Origin: Deltaproteobacteria bacterium
GTDB taxonomy: Bacteria; Desulfobacterota; Syntrophia; Syntrophales; Smithellaceae
Direction: 5' to 3'
Assembly (NCBI GenBank): GCA_026388535.1
Contig: JAPLJP010000093.1
Span: 14,553 to 78,552 of the forward strand
Length of the DNA stretch: 64,000 nt
The notes below the pieces were generated by a model. The model did not search any database. It was not told the origin of the DNA and worked only from the letters and a program-made list of their open reading frames with translations. Below are positions 37,023 through 46,330 of the stretch, in pieces. Positions within the stretch are counted from its first letter, which is position 1, and every line of letters starts with the position of its first letter. The position numbers and the translations under genes were made by a program.

Positions 37023-38384
37023 TTATTTTTCAACTTTGATTAACATCGCATCCCCCTGCGCATGCCCCGAGCAAATGCCGCAGACGCCCCAGCCGCCGCC
37101 TCGCCTTTTCAATTCATAACCCAACGTCATGGCGATTCTGGCTCCGGTAGCGCCGATGGGATGGCCGAAGGCAACAGCTCCGCCGTTAATGTTCACCTTT
37201 TTAAACATATCTTCTTTGGACATTCCCAAAATCGAGCGGCAGCTTACCAGCGCCACCGCGGCAAAGGCTTCGTTGATTTCGATGACATCCATCTGATCGA
37301 GTGTCATATCGTTTTGTTCCAGAATTTTCTTAATGGCTAAACCCGGCACAGTCGCGATGTCTTTGGTCGGCTGTGATACTTCAGCGTAATCAACAATGGT
37401 AAAGATAGGTTTAAGACCTAACTCGTCGGCTTTTTCTCTGCTCATCAAAAGGCAGACATCGCCGCCGTCATTGACGCCGGGCGCATTCCCGGCGGTAACG
37501 CTTCCCTGCTGGCCGGTCACTGTGCTTAGATGATTAAAAACCGGCGGGAGTTTTGCCAGACCTTCGAGTGTCGTCTCCGGCCGCGGCCCTTCGTCCTTAT
37601 CAAAAACGATTACTTTTTTGCCCTGCTTTACTTCTACCGGGAAGATTTCATCGTCCAGTTTTCCTTTGTTTATTGCGCGCACAGCGTTCATCTGGGAATT
37701 CAGCGCCCATTCATCCTGCTCCTGCCGGGAAAAACCGAACTCATCGGCCACTTCCGAACCGTGAATGGCCATGTGGCGGTTGTAAAAGGCGTCCCACAGG
37801 CCATCATAAACCATCGAATCAATAACGCGGCCGTTAGGCAGAGCCATCTTAGCGCCCCAGCGCATATCCGGTAGAACAAACGGACAATTGCTCATACTCT
37901 CCTGACCGCCCGCGATGCAGATATCCGCGCGCCCCAAAAGAATCATCTGAAAAGCCAGGTCAATTGTTTTGATGCCGGAAGAGCAGACTTTATTAACGGT
38001 AATGGAAGGAACTGATTCCGGCACACCAGCCAGAATGGTGGCCTGCCGTCCGGGAATCTGACCGCAGCCGGCGGGAACCACCTGCCCCATAAAAATATAA
38101 TCCACATCCGCTGGCTTAACTTTTCCCTCGGTGCGGCGCAGAACTTCTTTGATCGCCAGAGCGCCCAGCTCCATTGCCGAAAAATCTTTCAACGCGCCAC
38201 CCGAACGTCCGTAAGGCGTCCGGCAAGCCTCGACACAAACCACTTCCCTGAATTTTTTATGCGGATTTTTTATTTTTCTACCCATGGTTGTAAAATCCGG
38301 CTTTCTTTCTCCGAACTTCGCTATGGGCGCGTCCTTATAAATCTCTGATTTTTTTCTTTCCAGTTTTTGCGGAATTTTAGCCAT
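37023..38384 (-). CDS. Acetyl-CoA C-acetyltransferase (thiolase) with a ~45-aa basic N-terminal extension
   Basis: The motifs are 'NKVCSSG' (active-site Cys), 'GNAPGVNDG', 'NINGGAVAFGHPIGATGARI' and 'CGICSGHAQG'. Confidence 0.85.
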   Translation of the reverse strand: MAKIPQKLERKKSEIYKDAPIAKFGERKPDFTTMGRKIKNPHKKFREVVCVEACRTPYGRSGGALKDFSAMELGALAIKEVLRRTEGKVKPADVDYIFMGQVVPAGCGQIPGRQATILAGVPESVPSITVNKVCSSGIKTIDLAFQMILLGRADICIAGGQESMSNCPFVLPDMRWGAKMALPNGRVIDSMVYDGLWDAFYNRHMAIHGSEVADEFGFSRQEQDEWALNSQMNAVRAINKGKLDDEIFPVEVKQGKKVIVFDKDEGPRPETTLEGLAKLPPVFNHLSTVTGQQGSVTAGNAPGVNDGGDVCLLMSREKADELGLKPIFTIVDYAEVSQPTKDIATVPGLAIKKILEQNDMTLDQMDVIEINEAFAAVALVSCRSILGMSKEDMFKKVNINGGAVAFGHPIGATGARIAMTLGYELKRRGGGWGVCGICSGHAQGDAMLIKVEK

Positions 38385-38506
38385 AGAAATTCCATCCCCC
38401 TTTTGCTTTATTACTGATAATAATTAATTGGTAAAATTAAATGATTGAATCACGGATATAAAACCCCCTTGTAAGCTTTGGAAACTTATTTCCGCAGCAA
38501 GCTGCT

Positions 38507-38592
38507 GGGTATTATGCCCTCCGCCTTCGGCGGGATTGTTCGACTTACAAATTTTAATGCGTTTCACTTTTAAAATTTGAGTCTCACAAATA
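38507..38592 (+). repeat. Structured repeat family 1, copy C
   Basis: The sequence is GGGTATTATGCCCTCCGCCttcGGCGGGATTGTTCGACTTACAAATTTTA-loop-TAAAATTTGAGTCTCACAAAT. Confidence 0.65.
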
Positions 38593-38777
38593 AATTTCAG
38601 CCTGTTTTTGCATAGAGTATTTTTAAAGTCAACTATTTTGGTTGAGGGAATTTATAATGATCTCTTCAAAGCCGGTGATGGTCGTATCCAACAATAAGAT
38701 TGACGGAAACAAAATAATACTATAAAGAAAATAACCACTTGGAAGTCAACAAAGCGATTGAAGGATTTAAGCGATCA

Positions 38778-39449
38778 ATGAATAAACGTTTAACTTTCAG
38801 GATTCTATTCTTACTCCTGTTAATCATCTTATCAGGTTATATCTTCATCCACTATGATCTGTATCTGTTTTTCAAAGACAAACACAAATTATTGAATTTT
38901 ATCAAGTCATACCACCCTTACGACGAATTTATTTTTATTTTGCTCCAGATTATTCAAGTCGTGGCCGCTCCGATTCCAGGAGAACTATCCGGCATACTTG
39001 GCGGTTACCTGTACGGACCTTTCTGGGGAACCATTTATTCGACAATAGGACTTACGCTCGGTTCCTGGATTGCTTTTATGCTGGCAAGATTTTTCGGCGA
39101 ACCGCTTCTGGAGAACGTGGTCAAAAAAGAGGTTTTTGAAAAATTTGATCACTTTATGGAACACAAAGGGCTGTTGGTTTCGTTTTTACTTTTTCTGATT
39201 CCAGGATTTCCCAAGGATTATTTATGCTACATTATGGGTGTAAGCCTTATCCCCACAGGAACATTCATACTAATTTCCACAGCCGGACGTATTTTTGGCA
39301 CAATTATGCTTTCCATTATGGGAGCTTTCGCCAGCAATGGACAGTATACTTTTTTAACCATTATTCTGGTTCTGGGTGTGGTAATTTTTATTATGGCTTA
39401 TTACTATCGCGACAAACTGCTCGTAATACTCAAAAGAAGAAAGAAATAA
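38778..39449 (+). CDS. TVP38/TMEM64-family membrane protein (DedA superfamily)
   Basis: 'VAAPIPGELSGILGGYLYGPFWGTIYSTIGLTLGSWIAFMLARFFG' is the TVP38/TMEM64 core. ATG 38778 (MNKRLTF) is preferred over the TTG at 38739. Confidence 0.75.
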   Translation: MNKRLTFRILFLLLLIILSGYIFIHYDLYLFFKDKHKLLNFIKSYHPYDEFIFILLQIIQVVAAPIPGELSGILGGYLYGPFWGTIYSTIGLTLGSWIAFMLARFFGEPLLENVVKKEVFEKFDHFMEHKGLLVSFLLFLIPGFPKDYLCYIMGVSLIPTGTFILISTAGRIFGTIMLSIMGAFASNGQYTFLTIILVLGVVIFIMAYYYRDKLLVILKRRKK

Positions 39450-39468
39450 GCCGCATATCTCCGAATTG

Positions 39469-40770
39469 CTATATATTTCTTTTATCCAGTACCCGTAAAA
39501 TTTTTCCCTGCTGCCGCAAAAGACTTTTGGCTTCAACCAATCTGACGTCAACATTAATTCCTGTCACTGAGCCGATGCGCTTTTTAATCGCTTCCAGAAA
39601 AGACCTCTGCTTCTGCAACTCCAGTGAAAATATTTTATCGGTGACTTCGACAATCACCTCAATATTGTCCATCGCACCTTTTCTTTCCACAACAATTTGA
39701 TAGGGTGTTTCACCCTGCGCCACGCTGAAAAGAGCGTCCTCGATCTGCGAAGGAAAAACATTCACGCCTCTGATAATGAGCATGTCGTCGGAACGACGTG
39801 TTATTTTTTTCATGCGCGCCAGAGTCCGTCCGCATTCACAAGGAGTGTAATCCAGTCCGGTGATATCCCCCGTCCGGTAGCGGATCATGGGAAAGGCTTC
39901 TCTGGTCAGCGTGGTAAGTACCAGCTCTCCTTCGCTTCCGTAAGGTAATACCGCTCCCGTTTCGGGATCAATGATCTCCGGAATGAACGCGTCTTCATAA
40001 ATATGCAGACCTTTCTTACACGAACATTCGCCGGCAACGCCGGGGCCTATCACTTCGGAAATACCATAATTGTCGGTTGCGCTCAAAAACAGCCTTCTTT
40101 CAATTTCTTCACGCATCTTCTCCGACCACGGCTCTCCGCCAAAAAGTCCAACTTTTAACGAAAGCGACTTGGGATCAATGCCCAGCTGTTGGATGCGATC
40201 CGCCAGAGCGATCGCGTAACTGGACGTACTGACCAGTACTGTGGTTTTATAATCCTGCATAATCATAATTTGCTTGTCCGTGTTTCCGGTGCCCATCGGA
40301 ATGACCGATGCGCCGATAGCCTCCGCACCGTAATGCACACCAAAGGCTCCGGTAAAGAGACCATAACGGAAGGTTATCTGCACCACATCGTCATGAGTCA
40401 CACCGGCGGCGGTCATAAAACGCGCCGCCAGATTAGACCAGATTTTTATATCGTTTTTAGTGTATCCCATCACTATTGGTTTGCTGGTGGTGCCGGAGGA
40501 TGAATGAATGCGGACCACTTCTCTGAGAGGCACGGCAAACATGCCATAGGGATAGTTAAGGCGCAGGTCTTCTTTCGTGGTAAAAGGCAGTCTGGTCAAA
40601 TCGGACAAGGAACGTATATCTTCCGAAACAATCCCTGAATCGTTAAATATTTTTCGGTAATGAGTAACATTCTTGTAAACTCTGTTGATTATGGCCTGAA
40701 GTCTTTCCAGTTGCAGTTGCTCGAGCTCATCCCGTGACATACACTCATGAGTTTGATCCCAGATATTCAT
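39469..40770 (-). CDS. paaK: Phenylacetate-CoA ligase family protein (PaaK / F390-synthetase type)
   Basis: 'ECMSRDELEQLQLERLQAIINRVYKNVTHYRKIF', 'LPFTTKEDLRLNYPYGMFAVP' and 'IHSSSGTTSKP' form the canonical PaaK N-terminus and AMP-binding motif. Confidence 0.8.
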   Translation of the reverse strand: MNIWDQTHECMSRDELEQLQLERLQAIINRVYKNVTHYRKIFNDSGIVSEDIRSLSDLTRLPFTTKEDLRLNYPYGMFAVPLREVVRIHSSSGTTSKPIVMGYTKNDIKIWSNLAARFMTAAGVTHDDVVQITFRYGLFTGAFGVHYGAEAIGASVIPMGTGNTDKQIMIMQDYKTTVLVSTSSYAIALADRIQQLGIDPKSLSLKVGLFGGEPWSEKMREEIERRLFLSATDNYGISEVIGPGVAGECSCKKGLHIYEDAFIPEIIDPETGAVLPYGSEGELVLTTLTREAFPMIRYRTGDITGLDYTPCECGRTLARMKKITRRSDDMLIIRGVNVFPSQIEDALFSVAQGETPYQIVVERKGAMDNIEVIVEVTDKIFSLELQKQRSFLEAIKKRIGSVTGINVDVRLVEAKSLLRQQGKILRVLDKRNI

Positions 40771-40843
40771 AAAAATACCTCCCGCAAATTCAATCTATTG
40801 AAAACACATGTGGAACCGCTTCGCTTGTTCCACCCTACGAAAT

Positions 40844-41587
40844 TTATCTTTCCCATATCTCCTTCTTATCTTTACCGAGATACGCCCTCTGAACGTCTTT
40901 ATTTTGCAGCAATTCGGCGGCCGTGCCCTCCAGAATCAGATGGCCGTTTTCCAGCACATAGCCACGATTGGCCATCTTCAGGGCTGCCCGCGCGTTTTGT
41001 TCTACCAGCAGAACTGTTGTTTTATTCTCCCGGGACAAATTTTCGATAACCCGGAAAATTTCCTGAGCCACCATTGGCGCTAGCCCCATGGAAGGCTCGT
41101 CAAGGAGCATCAGTTTCGGTCTGGCCATGAACGCCCGGCCGATGGCGAGCATTTGCTGCTCTCCTCCCGATAACGTTCCGGCAAGCTGTTTTCGCCGCTC
41201 TCTTAGAATAGGAAACAAATCATAGACCATCTCTTTGTTTCTTTTCACTTCATCCCCGCCGCCCAGCATTCTATGGTGCAGATAAGCGCCCAGTTCGAGA
41301 TTATCCTCCACCGAAATGGGTTTAAAAACCTGTCTGCCTTCCGGAACCTGCGAAATACCCATCCTGACAATTTGGTGAACGGCGAGATTATTTATAGGAA
41401 CATTGTTAAACAAAATCTCTCCGCTGCGTGGAGGCACTACTCCGGACAAAGAATTAAGAAGAGTTGTTTTACCGGCTCCATTGGCGCCGATAAGAGTCAC
41501 TACTTCCCCTTCAGTCAAATGAAGAGAAACGTTTTTCAACGCCTGTGCCTGACCATAATAAGTATTTATATTTTTTATCTTCAACAT
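40844..41587 (-). CDS. livF: Branched-chain amino acid ABC transporter, ATP-binding protein LivF
   Basis: The start is taken at ATG 41587 (MLKIKNINTYYGQAQALKNVSL). It has Walker A 'GANGAGKTT', the signature 'LSGGEQQ' and 'LLDEPS'. The track's 32-codon extension reads through an inserted repeat. Confidence 0.85.
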   Translation of the reverse strand: MLKIKNINTYYGQAQALKNVSLHLTEGEVVTLIGANGAGKTTLLNSLSGVVPPRSGEILFNNVPINNLAVHQIVRMGISQVPEGRQVFKPISVEDNLELGAYLHHRMLGGGDEVKRNKEMVYDLFPILRERRKQLAGTLSGGEQQMLAIGRAFMARPKLMLLDEPSMGLAPMVAQEIFRVIENLSRENKTTVLLVEQNARAALKMANRGYVLENGHLILEGTAAELLQNKDVQRAYLGKDKKEIWER

Positions 41588-41715
41588 AGCGATCTTGTAA
41601 AAAATCCATATGCAGCGTTGTGCTGCATATTTCGTCACTGCGGCGTACGCTAAAAAGTACGCCTCGTTCCTCAATATTTGCACGCCTTGCCTCTGGAACT
41701 TTTTACAAAGTCGCT
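41588..41715. mobile_element. MITE-like insertion (~128 bp) bounded by imperfect inverted repeats, between livG and livF
   Basis: The left arm is AGCGATCTTGTAAAAA (from 41588). The right arm is TTTTTACAAAGTCGCT (to 41715). By hand alignment 14 of 16 positions match as an inverted repeat. The interior has two hairpins, ATATGCAGC-gttgt-GCTGCATAT and GGCGTAC-gctaaaaa-GTACGCC. No coding capacity is visible. Confidence 0.4.
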
Positions 41716-41779
41716 AATTTGCAACTTTTAATTCCATTCTGCGAGAACAATTTTAAATGAATGTCCCCGGACAAAGCTG

Positions 41780-42532
41780 TCAATCCGATCCCAAATAAGC
41801 AGAGATCACCGCGGGGTTTTCCTGAATCTCCCGAGGTGTTCCCTCTGCAAGTTTTTTCCCCAGATTCAAAACAACGATAGAATCACAAATATCCATCACC
41901 AAATCCATATCATGCTCCACAAGCGTTACCGTTACGCCGGATTTTCTTATTTTGCGGATGAGCAAGGCAAGTTCGGCTGTTTCCCTGCTATTCAAACCCG
42001 CCGCCGGCTCGTCCATCAAAATAACCCGCGGCTGGGCGGCCAGTGCCCGGGAAATTTCCAGCAGTCTTCCCTTGCCGAAAGGCAGATTGCCGGCCTTCAT
42101 ATCGGCCAGATCTTCCATGCCGGTAAATTCCAGCCACTCCATGCTCTTTTCCCTAATATATTTTTCTTCTTTAATCTGGCCGGGCAATTTAAAAGCGCAG
42201 GAAAAAATACCGCTCCTGCTTCTGGTGTGAAGACCGACCATGACATTTTCCAGCACGGTCATCTGCCCGAACAACTCCACATTCTGAAATGTTCGCACCA
42301 AACCAAGTCCGGCAAGCATCTCCGTATTAAAGAAAGAAATATTCTTCTCGCCTAGATAAACTTCCCCCGCCGTCTGGGTGTAAAGACCGGTAATAATATT
42401 AAAGAGCGTGGTTTTACCTGCGCCATTGGGACCGATGACTCCAGTTATCGAACCGTCGGCAACGGAAAACGAAACATCTTCCAACGCGGTCAGTCCGCCG
42501 AATATTTTGGTAATGCCGTTAAGCCTGAGCAT
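41780..42532 (-). CDS. livG: Branched-chain amino acid ABC transporter, ATP-binding protein LivG
   Basis: It has Walker A 'GPNGAGKTT', the LivG-type insertion, 'LMDEPAAGLN' and a C-terminal 'NPAVISAYLG'. Confidence 0.85.
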   Translation of the reverse strand: MLRLNGITKIFGGLTALEDVSFSVADGSITGVIGPNGAGKTTLFNIITGLYTQTAGEVYLGEKNISFFNTEMLAGLGLVRTFQNVELFGQMTVLENVMVGLHTRSRSGIFSCAFKLPGQIKEEKYIREKSMEWLEFTGMEDLADMKAGNLPFGKGRLLEISRALAAQPRVILMDEPAAGLNSRETAELALLIRKIRKSGVTVTLVEHDMDLVMDICDSIVVLNLGKKLAEGTPREIQENPAVISAYLGSD

Positions 42533-43508
42533 CGCTATCCTTTTTTCTCTTCATTTTCGCGGCGGTAAATTCCACCATTTTTTGAATGCCGCTAATCAGA
42601 CCGCCGGGCATGAACATGGTCATTAAAATCAGCATCAATCCATAGACAATAATATCAAAATCCTGAAAGACGCGCAGAAATTCCGGCAGCATCGTTAAAA
42701 TTGCCGCGCCCAGAAATGAGCCGTAAATACTGCCGAGGCCGCCGATAACCACCATTGTAAGCAGTTCCACGGAAAAATTGAAACCGAAAGACGCCGGCGC
42801 GATAAAAGTCATGATATGGGCGTAGATGCTTCCGGCTACCGCGGAAATAACGGCTGAAACCGTAAAAATCTGCACCTTCAGAATTCTGGCGTTAACGCCC
42901 ATGACGCGCGCGGCCACTTCCGAATCATGAATGGCTCTGAGCGCCCGACCGATTCTGGACTGGGATAAATTGATGGATAATAACGTGACGGCCAGAGTGA
43001 ACACCCAGACCAGATAATAATTATTCAGATCATTGTCAAAAATCAATGAGCCGATATGAAGATTAGGTATTCCGGATAAACCGGACGGGCCTCCGGTAAA
43101 ATCAACGGTTTCGTTAAAAATTATATACATGATGATGCCGAAACCAAGCGTGGCCATCGCCAGATAATGTCCTTTAAGTTTTAAAATAGGAAAGCCGATA
43201 ACAAAAGCCAGCGCTCCGGCTATGATCGCCGCCAGAATCATGACTAAGAAAGGATCAACCGGAAATCGGGTCGTAATTATGCCGGAAATATACGCGCCCA
43301 TGCCGAAGAAAGCGGCGTGTCCCAGGGATATCTGTCCGGCGTATCCCATCAAGAGATTAAGCCCTATGGCCAGCATCGTATTGATACCGACGAAAACAAG
43401 CACGTTTAAAAGATAATTGCCTCTTAAAAAAAACGGCGCCGACAGCGCGGCGGCCGCGAAAATCAAGAAAATAAGTATCTGGCGTTTTTTTTCCGTCATC
43501 TTAATCAT
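42519..43508 (-). CDS. livM: Branched-chain amino acid ABC transporter permease LivM
   Basis: It is a 329-aa polytopic protein. 'GYAGQISLGHAAFFGMGAYI' is the LivM signature. Confidence 0.8.
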   Translation of the reverse strand: MIKMTEKKRQILIFLIFAAAALSAPFFLRGNYLLNVLVFVGINTMLAIGLNLLMGYAGQISLGHAAFFGMGAYISGIITTRFPVDPFLVMILAAIIAGALAFVIGFPILKLKGHYLAMATLGFGIIMYIIFNETVDFTGGPSGLSGIPNLHIGSLIFDNDLNNYYLVWVFTLAVTLLSINLSQSRIGRALRAIHDSEVAARVMGVNARILKVQIFTVSAVISAVAGSIYAHIMTFIAPASFGFNFSVELLTMVVIGGLGSIYGSFLGAAILTMLPEFLRVFQDFDIIVYGLMLILMTMFMPGGLISGIQKMVEFTAAKMKRKKDSDAQA

Positions 43509-43559
43509 GAGCCGCAGGTCAAAACAATTTTCCGACGCAAAATATAATGATTCATGGAG

Positions 43560-44444
43560 TTAAAACCTTTCCGTCTCTTTCTTGCTGAACAAACCTTCCG
43601 GCCGGATAAAAAGTATCAGCAGTAATATTATAAAGGCGATGGCGTCTTTATAGCTGGCGGAGATAAAGCCGGCGCCCAGCGATTCCAGTAAACCCAGCAG
43701 AAGTCCGCCCATCACAGTGCTCAAACCGCTGCTCATTCCGCCGATGATCACAGCGCAAAAACCTTTCAGTCCGAGCATGACGCCGACGTCATAGGAAGTC
43801 ATAGTCAGCGGAGCGATTATTATTCCCGCCATCGAGCCGATAGCCGAACTGATAGCAAACGAGAGCAAAACCATATTCTTTACATTGATACCGACCAGTC
43901 CAGCCGCCTGAGAATTATAAGCGCAGGCGCGCATGGCTTTGCCGACAACACTGTAATTAAAAAAAATCCTGCTGAAAATAATGATTAAAACAGTCACGCC
44001 GAAAATCCAGAGGTGCTGGGGCAGGATCGTCGCTCCGGCGATATAAAGAGGATCATTGCTGGAAAAAGCGGGCAGAGCGTGGGTGTCTTTCCCCCAGATA
44101 AGCATAGCTGCGCCGCGGATAAAAATGCTCGCGCCGATAGTAATAATAATCAGGCTGAGCGGCTTCGCGTTCTTGAGAGGTCTGATGGCGAGACGTTCAA
44201 AACAGATACCGACAATTGTCGAAATAATAATTGCCAGAACGATTGCCGGCACTAGCGGCAATTTTAAAACAACCAGAAAAAAAACCGTTAACATCCCGCC
44301 GAGCATCACAAACTCACCTTGAGCAAAGTTGATGATTCCCGTGGCGTTATAAATCATGGCAAAGCCAAAACCAATCAGAGCGTAGATAGCGCCATTAGAA
44401 AGGCCGGATAAGATATATTGAAATAATTGCCGGGAACTGTCCAT
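43560..44444 (-). CDS. livH: Branched-chain amino acid ABC transporter permease LivH
   Basis: The protein is 294 aa with 'LSNGAIYALIGFGFAMIYNATGIINFAQGEF'. Confidence 0.8.
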   Translation of the reverse strand: MDSSRQLFQYILSGLSNGAIYALIGFGFAMIYNATGIINFAQGEFVMLGGMLTVFFLVVLKLPLVPAIVLAIIISTIVGICFERLAIRPLKNAKPLSLIIITIGASIFIRGAAMLIWGKDTHALPAFSSNDPLYIAGATILPQHLWIFGVTVLIIIFSRIFFNYSVVGKAMRACAYNSQAAGLVGINVKNMVLLSFAISSAIGSMAGIIIAPLTMTSYDVGVMLGLKGFCAVIIGGMSSGLSTVMGGLLLGLLESLGAGFISASYKDAIAFIILLLILFIRPEGLFSKKETERF

Positions 44445-44517
44445 TTAGTTTATGTTGCGATTCTTCGATAAATAGTGGAACTCCATTCAGCAGAAGAGGA
44501 GCCAGAGGCTCCCTATA

Positions 44518-44613
44518 ATAACGCGACCTCCCGCGAGTGCAGCCTGCCCTCGACCTGATCGGGAGGCACATTCCTCCCCCGGCTTGCACCAGGAGATTCC
44601 AAGTCGCGGGATT
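44518..44613 (+). repeat. Repeat family 2, copy E2 (longer variant, inside the liv operon and antisense to it)
   Basis: It shares the ends ATAACGCGACCTCCCGCG ... GATTCCAAgtCGCGGGATT with E1. A ~30-nt extra internal segment forms CCTCCC/GGGAGG and GTGCAGCC/GGCTTGCAC pairings. Confidence 0.6.
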
Positions 44614-44618
44614 AAAGC

Positions 44619-44645
44619 GGCGCGGGCGTCATTATCGCCCGCGCC
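44619..44645 (-). terminator. GC-rich stem-loop between livK and livH (intra-operon attenuator/terminator candidate)
   Basis: GGCGCGGGCG-tcattat-CGCCCGCGCC has a perfect 10-bp stem. Only a weak U-tract follows on the minus strand. Confidence 0.35.
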
Positions 44646-44680
44646 TTACATAAGTTTTGCTGATCTATGTCACTTAATTA

Positions 44681-45823
44681 CTATTTAATCAACTTCCAGT
44701 CGCCTTTTACAACCTGAACCAAAACAAAAGCTTCACTGGTCAAACCGGCATGATCCTCCGGAGAATAATTAAAAGTCCCGCCTATGCCCGCAAACTTTTT
44801 CGTTTTCTCCAGCTGATCTCGAATCGCTGCAGGAGAGAACCCTCCTTTTTCCATGGCGCTCTTTAACAGCATAACAGCGTCCGAGGCATGACCGCCGAAA
44901 TGATCGCCTTCCACCTTATAGTTTTCCTTGTACTTATTCACATAGTTCATCAGCGCTTTCTTCTGCGGATCTGATTTAGGCAGTTGATCGGCAACGATAA
45001 CTTTTCCGGAAGGAAGTATAATTCCTTCGGCTCCATCACCGGCAAGCTCAATAAATTTCTTGGAAGAAACACCGTGACTCATATACAAGGGAATTTTTAT
45101 TCCCAGTTGTTTGACGTTTCTGGCGATTTTGGCCGGACCGGGATTGGTTCCCCAGCAAATAATTGCCTGAGCTTCGCTGTCGCGTATTTTTGTTAATTGA
45201 ACCGTCATATCGTCATCTTTCGGACCATAAGTTTCGTCTGAAATTATCTGCATGCCGAATTCTTTGGACTGCAATTTAAGCTGTTCTCTGCCGGAAGAAC
45301 CGAATCCATCAGATACAGTGAGTATTGCCACCTTAGAGATTTTTTGTTTCTGCAAATTCGTGTAAATTTTCATTACGGCCAGAACGTCGTTTTGCGCTGT
45401 TTTAAAAACCCATTTCTTCACCGGGTCGGTTATTTTAATTCCCGCCGCACAGGAAATAAGAGGTATTTCCGCTTTTTCGACCACGGGAATCACGGCCATG
45501 CTGTCTCCGGTCGTGCTGGGGCCGATTATAGCCACCACTTTATCATCCTTGATTAACTTATTAACTCCCTGCACAGCCTTGGTGGCATCGCCCTGAGTAT
45601 CATAGACTATAAGCTCCAATTTACGTCCTTTTATTCCGCCAGCTTTATTTATCTGAGCCACCATCATTTCCGCCGTATTGCGTTCCGGCTCGCCGAGGAA
45701 TGAAGCGGGACCTGATACAGAAAATAAAGCGCCGATCTTTACGGGTGGAGCGGCAAAAGCTATTCCGGCCAGTAAAACACTAAAAAATGAAACAAAAATT
45801 ATTCTAAATATACTTCTCGACAT
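44681..45823 (-). CDS. livK: Branched-chain amino acid ABC transporter substrate-binding protein (LivK/LivJ-like)
   Basis: It has a signal peptide (MSRSIFRIIFVSFFSVLLAGIAFA) and then 'VKIGALFSVSGPASFLGEPE', typical of the family. The start is ATG 45823, preceded by GGAGG. Confidence 0.8.
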   Translation of the reverse strand: MSRSIFRIIFVSFFSVLLAGIAFAAPPVKIGALFSVSGPASFLGEPERNTAEMMVAQINKAGGIKGRKLELIVYDTQGDATKAVQGVNKLIKDDKVVAIIGPSTTGDSMAVIPVVEKAEIPLISCAAGIKITDPVKKWVFKTAQNDVLAVMKIYTNLQKQKISKVAILTVSDGFGSSGREQLKLQSKEFGMQIISDETYGPKDDDMTVQLTKIRDSEAQAIICWGTNPGPAKIARNVKQLGIKIPLYMSHGVSSKKFIELAGDGAEGIILPSGKVIVADQLPKSDPQKKALMNYVNKYKENYKVEGDHFGGHASDAVMLLKSAMEKGGFSPAAIRDQLEKTKKFAGIGGTFNYSPEDHAGLTSEAFVLVQVVKGDWKLIK

Positions 45824-45847
45824 ACACACCTCCATTTAAAAATATTT

Positions 45848-46010
45848 TATTGTGAAACTCCAATTCTAATGAAACTCAGATATTACAAGCGCAGCACAGT
45901 AATATCTGTCAGTTGTAATGAGTCCCAAATTTCAGAAGCGTAGCGAACTGAAATTTGTTGGACGAATTATCCCTTGAGGGATATCCCCAATAAGCGTGGT
46001 TTCATACCCT
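45848..46010 (-). repeat. Structured repeat family 1, copy D (extended, two long hairpins), immediately upstream of livK
   Basis: The minus strand reads GGGTATGAAACC...ATCCCtcaaGGGAT...CAAATTTCAG-loop-CTGAAATTTG...CAGATATTAC-loop-GTAATATCTG...GAATTGGAGTTTCACAATAA. About 12 nt later comes the livK RBS. Confidence 0.65.
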
Positions 46011-46037
46011 TGATTCACCTGTAAATACAACAAATTA

Positions 46038-46074
46038 AAAAGCCACGGCTCTTTTATCTCCGCCCGTGGCTTTT
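46038..46074 (-). terminator. Rho-independent terminator candidate downstream of the histidine kinase gene
   Basis: AAAGCCACGG ... CCGTGGCTTT has a 10-bp stem flanked by A-runs and T-runs on both sides, so it could act in both directions. Confidence 0.5.
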
Positions 46075-46330
46075 AATACGGATTTATTTCCGAGTCGTCT
46101 TAAGCGATGAGCAGATAAAGATTAAGCGATGTAAAATAACAATAATCAGTGTTTAATTTGCAGTTACCTTGCTGATGTTTCTGCCAACTAATTGCCGCAG
46201 ACTTCTTAATATTTTTGCTGATTTGTAAATCACAGATAAAACTTCATGTCAAACGAAAAATCACGCCGCTTCAGCCCTACCGGCAAAGACCATCCTGATT
46301 AATTCCCGGAAGTTTATTTATGCCGCTTCG

